NCBI RefSeq assembly: GCF_000150275.1
Contig: NW_002060943.1
Span: forward strand, 5,786,008 to 5,850,007
From: Trichoplax adhaerens
Lineage: Eukaryota > Animalia > Placozoa
Direction: 5' to 3'
Length of the DNA: 64,000 nt
Of the stretch, positions 41,001 through 51,404 are shown piece by piece; position 1 is the first letter of the stretch, and each line of letters begins with the position of its first letter. The notes under the pieces were generated by a model that saw nothing but the letters and a program-made list of their open reading frames with translations, ran no database searches and was not told the origin of the DNA. Both the position numbers and the translations under genes were made by a program.

Positions 41001-43950
41001 TGCATGTAAATTAATCTGCGGCTCTTAATCAAAATACTTTTCTTGCGGTTTGATAACTTGATTATAAATCCATATTGTTGATATTATACAAATTAGTCAG
41101 GTGACTAATTCAACCCTAGCATCATATGTGCCCCAGTATAATAGCAAATTATCAGTTACGGTAATATTTATTGCAATGAGCTTTTCAACATAAATGTAAC
41201 AGCGCTAATAATAATGTAGCAACCTAACAATCATCTATTTTCAGTCAAAATTAGCAAAATTTTAGCACAAAAAACTCGTAAACTGTATTGCTACAACAAC
41301 ATATTCACTCCATTCGGCCGATTTACGAATTGAATCTAGCAAAGTTACTTCAGGGCTTGTCCTTCCTATATCTGTATTAGATGCATTCGTTCATGTTATT
41401 CCATATTACCGTCTATTAAACTGTATATTCAAATTAAATCTTGCATATAGTAATAATATCATCAGAAACATATGGCTTACTTAAAATAAACAAGCTAAAT
41501 AAATGAGTACAGTACATATTGCTTACCCTAATAGTAATATTAGAAAATTATAGTTCTTGATTGTGATTCAGCTATCCCTTCTCTTTATATAAAAATAAGG
41601 AAATTGCTATATTTAAATCATTTTGCAACAAGTAATTACGGCAATTAATAAATACTTGTAATGAATTTACGACTTTGCCGTTATGTCTGCAAATAAGATA
41701 ATTTTAATGAAATCATTCTAAAATTCAAGAAATATGTTGACTGTGTCCAGTTTAAGGCAGTAAATGTTCTTAGTAATGATATAGTAGTATTAAATATTTC
41801 ACGTTTCAAACCTATAATATATATCACCTACCACAAATACACTTTGTCTACTACTTCATGACCTCTTAAAATTAAGACACGATTTAATAAAATGGTATGG
41901 AAAGTTAAACTGTTAGGCATAAATGCTCTAATATTCTCGCGTAAAAGCCTTTCATTTTCAAGACTTCCTTCTCGCATTACCTATTTTTCAAGACTCTTTC
42001 GAAGCAGCAACAGTGATCTAATAAATTTTTCTACTTACCCGTAACGCTATTATTATAGAATTTAAGATTTAAGGCATCCAAATCCATGCTCTTCAGCACT
42101 TTTACTAATCATATTCCCGTTACAAATATGACATTTTACTAGATACTATACAAGATGACGTAGCTTGGCAAATTTTATCGATCTTTGCATCCTATAACTC
42201 GGATCTGTAGATGGATATTAAAAAATATATACTTAAAGACACTCACAAACTGCCGTTTTTTACTTAAATTCAAGGCCAGATTAAAGTAGTCTCCAAATGT
42301 TCTTCATAAAATTTATTCCACGGGAAATTTAGAATCAATAGCTAATTTTTCTCCATGATCCAACCTTTAATACGGCTCTTAATATGAAAAATTTGTCATT
42401 ACGTTTTGCCCCTAAAAGATAGCTAAAACAATATACCATACTGTAAATGAACAAAAAATTATTCAAGAAACTGCTGGTAATGTGATTTGGAAATTAAATA
42501 AATTGCACGCTTGACAAACTGAACTGAGACCAGGCTAAAATTAGATTGTAATAAGATCACAGATATTTTGTATTAAATATTTCATGAATCAAAATAAAAC
42601 TTATCGGTACTAATTTATTTCAACTAGTAAACTGTTTGGATCGCAACGATGTAGTGACCAAAGTATATACCGGTTACTGAAATTAGCTAAGATAATGAAA
42701 TGGAAAGTCCATGGATTTTGCCATTGGCCTAATCAGCAAACTCAATATTCATTACAGGATTTATCCTACGATCAATTATTCAATACTCGGATAAAGAAAG
42801 GTAAACACAATTGTAATCAATGCACTTTGTTAAGTATTTATTGTAGTTTATGCTTATTTATTAATTAAAATTGGACACTATTCATTGTATATTCCATTAC
42901 TTTCATGCAAGTATTTTGAAACATTTATCTAATGTGAGCCGTATATCAGTCTTTAAATTACCCATAATGATAATTCTTTACTGGTCATAAAATGAAGTTG
43001 CAAAACACCAACGATTGTTTGGCCATGATTAACATTCGGAAATATTCATTTTAAATCGGTACCGCAATTGATAATTATTAAGCGTAATATTAATAATTCG
43101 ACTCCGTAAGTAAACTATGACATTCTGAATATAAATTTACTATTTATCTATGATTCATCAGCTATGAATAGCTAGTGAATTTAGTTACTTTATTTCATGC
43201 TCCATCTTGATAGCTCTAAAGTATTTACTTCTTCAATCCTTTATAATAAACTGTAATTAACGTCTTTCAGAATAAAAATTGGCCATTTCATTTTTTTAGA
43301 ATAATATCATACTATCATAACAGAATAATACGTTAAAAGCAAAACATTATCGCTGCTTTCATATAATTTATGTGCCATAATTGATATTTTAATAATAATA
43401 AACTAACAGAACGGCTTGAGCGGTATTAATTCTAAGTTCACTTAAGTCGATATGGAGTAAGCATAACTGAAAAGACTATTACCGTAAAGGTCTATTTATT
43501 AGCATGTTAGTATTCAACATACTTTTTTAATTTACTCAAAACAGGTTGTCATTAATTCATGGTTAAACGATTTGATTAATTATTATTAACTAGAGGATAT
43601 CTTTGAACTACATGTTCATTAATATGCGAAAGGGTACATTTAGCTGGGAAATGATGCTGTTATAGGCATCGTATCTGCTATTATAAATTATTCTATGTTT
43701 ATTTATTTCTTTTGGAAAGGAAGGTCGATCTGTGCCTCAATTTACAATTAGCGCCTGTATTTTAAGTTAACTCTTTCATCCTATTCATAAAAATCTGCAA
43801 ATTGTAGCACGTACAAATTTATCTACATAAATTTATGTAAAGACATACTGTACATAAAAATTTCTCCAATATATAATTCTGTAATGAATAATGTAACCAG
43901 TACAAGGCGTATATTTGCAATTTTGATCGATGTAATTACGCAGAATATGG
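38076..43950 (+). pseudogene. Decayed secreted/membrane leucine-rich-repeat (LRR) gene
   Basis: Intact first exon 38076-38278: signal peptide plus LRRNT cap (CPSNCLCQQEELHC...LP), ending at a phase-2 GT as is typical of LRR genes. Downstream are many LxxLxLxxNxL-like fragments broken by stops and frameshifts: YLNLDSNYIRS (~40101), LREIELLLNNW (~40501), RKLYCYNNIF (~41277), KLNLAYSNNI (~41431), LRQLINTCNEFTTLP (~41636), RLKLDCNKITDI (~42532), DLSYDQL (~42758), LIALKYLLLQ (~43206). The 3' end is approximate. Confidence 0.6.
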
Positions 43951-44276
43951 AGAATCTCATGAAATTCGAAGATGCGGAGGAATAATTTAGAATTTATACC
44001 GTAATTAGCACTCTTAACGACCGGACTTTACTATATTTACAATCTTTCCGTTCAAAAATCTACGTTGGCCATAATTTATTCTTGATTGATGTAGTAACAG
44101 TATCTTCGTCCTCATGGCAGTCTTAATAATTTCGCTAATATCAATATTATCGAACTGCAATGACAAAGTAAAATGGCTAATTAAATTTTCTTTTATTTTA
44201 GTTAAATAAATATCAATAGTATTATTAAAAGCTTCAGGTGAAATCAAAATTTGTATACATGAAAAACTTTGATATA

Positions 44277-47200
44277 ATGTCAAAGATATTAGGTGATAGT
44301 TTATCCACGTTTATCTTATTAATATTGGAATAAATTCAAACTTCATATAGAACGAAGAAGATACAGACAACGGCGTTCCATTACAAGTCATGATTCATCT
44401 GTTTATCAGTTTGAAGGTATTGGATTAAATGCATAAATTAAATTTTAATATGTAATAATAATTCACGGTGTCCATAATCATCGCTTTGATTCATTACTTA
44501 TAATTGTAATGTTATCGTAATTCTAAAGAGCTACGGCAAAAGAATTTGAAAGTAATGGTTGATAGACATTAGATTTAGATAAATGGCATCAATCAAAAGC
44601 ATTATTAATTCTACATTATCATACTTATATCTTTCCTGCAACAGATTTATACGCATAAAATAATATCGTTATATCGAGATCTGATCTGAGCACATAATTA
44701 TTCTTGTTCTTAGTGAAACCCAAAGTGTTCGTGAATTGTACCTTCGATCAAGATAACTGTAACTGGAATCAGCTCGAAAGCATTGATTTTTTAGATTGGA
44801 AACGACATCAAAGCAATACTCTTTACAATGGTACAGGGCCAATTTATGATCATACATCAAAAAACTGTAAGTACTTTCAAGCATAACTGATATATAAAGC
44901 TATAATATACAAATAAATGCGTTATAGGAGCACCTAAATTATTTATTGCAGTTCATTGTCGTATATAAACGCTACCCAAAATTAGAAATCTGTTGTTGAA
45001 GAAAACAAGTAATATTATGCTAATTTAAAAAATCCATATTCCGCCAGTAATAATTGAAAATTTTAAATCGTGGATTCTAAAATTCGTAATAAACTAGCTT
45101 TAAATAAGCCAGATCCCAATTAGTGGACATTCACTGGGAATATTAGTTTCTGTGGTACTGAGACTCTAAATCAAGTAGCATAAAGTGCAAAGCAGCTCGT
45201 AGTATATTGGTCTCCTAAAAGATTTGTTTCCTATTTATTAAAAATGGAGGCTTTTTCATCTAAGAAATTGAATAAATTACTTCGATGTTGCTAAGCTACG
45301 TTGTACTCTTATGACTTGTACAAAATTACGAAAGGCAAACATAACTCTTAATATACTAATTACAACCTTGTCAAAATTACCCTTAATTTACTTTCATTAA
45401 TCAATTTTCTACTGCTAATTTAATCATAACCACTTTTCCATTAAAAAGAATTTGTTCAAGAATTTTACTGTAGCAGAAAGTCTTAAAAACATTTCACTCA
45501 AATTGATTTATACATTTAATTTCTTTTTAGTGATGTGGTACGCTTACTTAAAAGATTATTCGCCAATTAGAATTTACCGTATTTCATATGTATGCTAAGG
45601 ATTTATAATTAAACTAATCTGAGCTACGGTAGTGTTTTAGAATAGTGTTAACTTTAATGCCATAATTAATGTATATAAACTAAGCTCGAGAAGCTCGTCA
45701 GGCACTCTAACTGAAGTACTATATTTACGTACCTGACTCGATATATAATAGCGGACAATTTTAGCGATGCAGCGTTACACGAAAGTGAGAATAATTCTGA
45801 CCGATGACTCTATAAGATTATAGAAGATTGAGCGAAAAACGGATAACTACAGCTGCATTTAACTACACACATATGTATCATTGAGTACAAAACTGCTTAA
45901 TGTGATACTGTAATATGTAATAGGTTTTATAATAGTATAGACCCACCCATACTAAAAATTTTTTTGAAGCATCTTTAATTTCAGTTGGGTTACAATTGCT
46001 GACTATAATATATAATCATATTGATCGGAAGGATTATCCTTAAAAATTGGCAACTTGATTTAGCATGAATGAGACTATTAATCTTAACTAGGAGTAAAAC
46101 TAAATCCTGATATCGATTACCTGTTGTTAAGCAAGTTTTTAATTTTTGTTACTTTATTTTAATTTAATTGTGATCTTTCGATCAAGTTGCTTAATGATAT
46201 CATCATACTAATACCTTTTAACACTTATTGATATTTAAATTACAGCCTTCGGTTATTATATGTATATTAACAGTTCCAGTCTTGAAATTCAAAATCAATA
46301 TGCGGATTTAATTAGTCCACCATTATTATCACCTGGATATGGAAACGATATCAATGTAAATGGATTCTGAATAATTTTAACTATTATGATATGCATCATT
46401 TCTATAAAATAATTATACATTAATTTACTTGCCAGATTACGTTTTACTATCATGCCTATGGCGTATCATCTGGTAAACTCTACGTATATGCTATGTATCC
46501 GAAATATAGCGCTTCATTATATCTATTGGAAAAAATATCATTAATTTCAAGGAATTCTTGGCTGAAAGCATCAATCCAATTTAAAACAAATTACTCAGAC
46601 TATCGCGTAAGTTATTAATTGGTATCTGGAAAATATAAGTTAGGAATTGATTTGCTTACTGAAGATGGCTGATAATGTCATAAAATACCTATACTCTGCT
46701 CATAATAGATAGTATAAATGAACGACTTTAAGCATCGATACTATGCAGATAATATCTACTCGATCGATGAAATTGTGTAATGCCTGCGATTTTTATCCTT
46801 TGCATTATGAATGATTATATCAGCAAGGTTGATAAGATTATAAATATAAAGTTTCTTAATGCCTACCTGATACTATCAGCATTACTTAGATATAACAATA
46901 TACGTTCATAACGTTCTTGACCAATTCAGCACAGCCGTTCTGTCAGTTATCAATCCACTATTGTTACATTCAGGAAATTCAGATAAATATATTTATTATA
47001 TGTCGGCCACCTAATAAAGCATTACAGTATTTACTAATTACGCTTAGTAACTTTATATTGCCACGAAAATTACATAAAGCAATTTGCAATTTGTTAATAT
47101 TAAAATCTGGTCTAAAAAGAATTACTGGCGAATGCTTATAGATAATCATCAGAGGGGTTGTAGGCTCTAAAGTTGGTAGCTCTATTGCTATTGATGATGT

Positions 47201-50200
47201 CTTCATTCAAGCACTTGGTAAGAATATTTCCTCCTTCCTATATTGTTTATCTTTTTTTATATTGTGATATTACTTTAAAAATCTATTTTTAAAGCTTAAA
47301 TTAAAATTAAATGTATGTAAATTTCTGTTTTAGTTAATCTCAATGATTCTATATTATATTTAACAGAAAATAATTGCTTTAGTCATGAAGGCCAGCATTA
47401 TCGAGGTACAATAGCTGTCACTTCTGATGGCTACACATGCAAAAATTGGAATTCGGACTCTATTACATCCGTGTCATTGGCTTTATTGAATCATTCTATT
47501 GAGCACGATTTATCATCTAATTACTGCCGTAACCCATTCCGTAATCGATTAAAGCCCTGGTGTTATATTGAAAGCAACCTAACTAAATTATCCTGGCAAT
47601 ATTGTAATGTGCCTACTTGCAACTTTTCCAAAATCACAGTGACAGCATATCCACTAGGAAGTATGTCAGTCCTTTAATCTTGAATAGAGTTTTAAAAAAT
47701 TATAATAGCGAACATAGGAAGCCTGGATTCAAAGGTTGGCACTAATTACTCAACTTTTAAGATGAAATACTTATGATTTATCCTAGATAAATACCCTATC
47801 AAGATTGTTCAAAAAGATGGGCAAGATAAACTAATTGGTCGACTTGCAATTTATTACAACGGACGATGGGGAAGTATCTGTCTTAAGGGCATGACTGCAA
47901 ATATTGCTAGCGTATTTTGCCGACAAGCAGAATATGGAAATCAAGGATCAATCATTACAGGTATTCATGCTGACCTAATATTAAGTATATGGTTACCTTT
48001 AATTTAGTATTTGTAGTACTTCAAAAGATTGAGAGTCTACGGTAATGTAAGAAATTACACCAAATTAATAAGAAAAAATGGTAGTATTTGTTATAATTAG
48101 TATTCGAGGAAACTATGTTATGTTACAGTGGTGATGTATAACGTGACATAGTCAAATAACTATAGTAAAATGAAAGAGGTAAAGCATATGTAAGCTTACA
48201 GGCGAACTAGTAGAACTAAATAACTAAATATAGAAAGCATTATAGGAGAGAATTTACTTCTAGCCATGGAATAGTACTTATGAGAACTTAGTTCTATGTT
48301 AGTGTATTTCTACAGTATAATGGCACTAGAGTATAATTCATTATATTAAAAAAATTGAAAAGACGAGACTGAAGTATGTTAATAATACTGTTCGTTAATA
48401 GATGATAATATTACGATCGATAATTAGCAAGGCATTCACATTTCATATAAATAATATTCCTTATATTATGTCTTTAAGGCCGAGAGCAATTAAATTTTAA
48501 AGTTTCCGGAAGAATTTTCTAAAGCGCAATTTTTTTGAATTTATCGAAAAACTGAATTCTACCGATACTTAATTTATGCTATCACTCCGTATTTTACTAG
48601 TTATTTTCATAATATTTCGTTATCTAAATTCATACTTCATGTTGATAAATTTAAAGTTTCCTAAAATAGAGCTATTGTTTTACAAATTTTCCGTAATTCA
48701 ATAATTTACTAAGGTCTTTCCAAAGCGTATACAACTCTGTATTCTCATGATTACAGTGCTTCATCTATTTAGATTGGTTATTAATTAAAATACTGATATT
48801 TTTAGTTTTAAATCAAACCAAAACTACCGGGACAATATGGCTACGTGGGTACGATATTAAATGCCCATCCTATTCAACTGATCTGACACAGTGTATTCTG
48901 GGGCCATGGAATGCCAGCCGTTGTTGCAATCATTCTGAAGATGTTTGGATAAAATGTTCTCAATCGAATCTGATCGGTCATCAACCTTCGAAAGGTATGC
49001 TCCTACTGATACTACGGCAGTATCGCTTTCAATAAAATTAATAATTCCTACTATTATGCGTTCATCCCGGCAAAAATAAAATTTTTTTTTATTTTCTAGC
49101 TTTTAGTAATGATAGCTATAATCATTCAACCGCAACTATTGATACAATCGTTTATAGAGCAAATAATGAGGATACTTACGTTATTGGCATTGCTTTGGGT
49201 TGTGTCATTATCGGTATTGCTATCATTGCTTGGCTGTTAAGGTATTACATCAAATGTAATCAGAGAGTTAGCGCAAGTGGAGGCGCAGTCCAATGGTCTG
49301 CGAATAATTTAACTGTTGCCACTGCTACTTCAAGTGTTATTAATCGTCCGACCACAACAAATTCCAGTGATGCTGAGCTAAGGACCATGTATGCATCTTC
49401 AATAACCGGTGTCATTACGCCAAGTATGTGGGAAATGTTCTTGAAGTTAGCCAGAGTCTTATGAAATTGTTATGTAATATGATGATCATTGTAAACCGCA
49501 ATTCAATTTGCTTCCGGGATTTAATACGTGATTACACTTGAATTTGTTTTTCAGTATCATCGTCAAACAGAATCGCCAGCAGTGATGCATCATATCATGC
49601 ACTGAATAGAAGTTGTGCCAATCACAGACCTCAGCATAGTATGCGATAATATTAAAATTAATTTACTGATTGGAAAATCTATCGTAAATTATTCAGGACT
49701 AATACCATGTACTGTAAATAATCGATCGATAAAATGTACAACCTTAACTTGTAGATAATATGAATTTAATTGTCAGAATAGTAATTAAAAAAAAGTTCTA
49801 TACTTCAAATCAAATATTCGACCGATTTCTGTCTGTCATAAATCTTAATAGAGTGATTAATTCGTCCATCAATGGTCGATAAATCAATTTTCCTTCGCTA
49901 TTAGAAATGGCAAAGACAGGTGTTTTCTATTTTTAATGTAGCTGCATGTTGCAAAACACAATTCTACCTCAGCAATCCCAAACTATATTTTATTCTATCT
50001 TACAATATGTAATATTGATATCTAATAATACTGTATTCAGGAATAGTACTCTGAACTAATTTAAAGTTATGTGTTGTTTGTGCTTGTGTTTGCATTATTA
50101 GGTCACAGTATCCAAGCATTTCAGGATAGCAGCTCTCGATCAAGTTAGATTAACTCTTATAACGTACCATTCGCTACATCGAAACTGATTTCTTATTTCC

Positions 50201-50559
50201 TATAGCCTATGTAGAGGTATTTCTTATTGTAAGATAATTATATTTTTAGACGCAAGCTTTGCAGCCCCATACCAACCTCATTATGATCGTAAAATGAGTC
50301 GTATGACAGGTATGCAGTACCAGTCTATACCTGAGTTTAGAATCGATTAAGAGCGTAGCTATGTAAAATTCTATGACGCTATTTTAAAATTTTAAGTGAA
50401 AGAGATCATCCTGGCATACTACTAACACAAGCACTCTTTTCATTGTCGACATTTACATTCCTAGATGTTGTTTCTCTACCTCCAAGTTATGATGCTGTCA
50501 TGAAAATGAAGTTTCAGCAGAGAAAGGGAAGGCAAGGGAATGGAACAACTTCGACATAA
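44277..50559 (+). CDS. MAM-kringle-SRCR single-pass receptor, paralog 5 (lacks SRCR2 and MAM2; start unresolved)
   Basis: Furin segment RRRYRQRR/SITSHDSSVYQFE ends at the donor after 44416. Exons 44714-44866, 46246-46355, 46436-46606, 47142-47217 (MAM), 47367-47660 (kringle), 47787-47960, 48806-48994 (SRCR1), 49100-49423 (TM VIGIALGCVIIGIAIIAWLL), 49555-49638, 50102-50143, 50250-50309, 50465-50559 (SLPPSYDAVM...*). The body is intact, but the candidate ATG at 44277 hits a stop at 44331 and is out of frame with the furin segment. Confidence 0.8.
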
Positions 50560-51404
50560 AGTTATCATTTTTGTAGTGATCCATACGGTGTCGTGCATGT
50601 TGAATGGATTATCACATTTTTTATTGATAAATTCTATCTTTAGCAAATATCAATCTTATACTAAAATAACTCTTGCTTCGTTTTAATTGATAATTTAGTG
50701 TTTTATTTTTCATGATTGGTGTTGTACATCCATTCATATGGATTAACTGATTGTAAATAGTAAACAATGTGAACTCGTTTGTGGTAATCAGGGACTTATT
50801 AATAATAATAAAAGTGGCTTCTTCCGGTAATTGTCATCTTGCCTGTTTTTACAAGTCGCTAAACAGGCTATTGCTAATGTCATCGATATTGGTAAGAATT
50901 CAGGATTACCATCATAATTTTATTCTCTTACAAGTCTCTACCATTAGCGAAAGTAACCCCGGCAATTAGCAGCAGTTTCTACGACTCGTAATTGGTATGA
51001 TCTATTTGATAGGTGAATTGTAGGTTTTAATAGACGCATCGATTTTACGTTAATTCACTACATCATGGTAGGCAGCCATCGTTATGTTTAGCAAAGTAGA
51101 TTAAGATTAGTTAGGCAGTAGTGGAAGAAGTTAGAAGCGTTGCAAGAAGCGAACCTTTCTCAGGTCTAAATGTAGGCAATGTCAAGTCATTACGAGAAAG
51201 GTTCGTCACTTGCTGGATAAGAAGTACTTATCGCCAGTAGCACCCGTCCATATTCCTGAACATCGCCCTTACTGACAGAGGTTGCAAATAGCAGAGACTT
51301 GTACAGGATGAGCATTTTCTCTTCTTTCAGGTCCCTGCAGGCACAGTTAGCCATAGTTTCTTTTTTATTGCATGTCTATGGCAGGTAGCGATCCCACGGC
51401 CATC

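Noticed and set aside
325-50559. Calling the array neurotrypsin (PRSS12), plasminogen, Kremen or DMBT1
   Set aside because: I found no trypsin, WSC, CUB or ZP exons. The MAM domains, TM helix and PPxY tail do not fit those genes, so no symbol is assigned.
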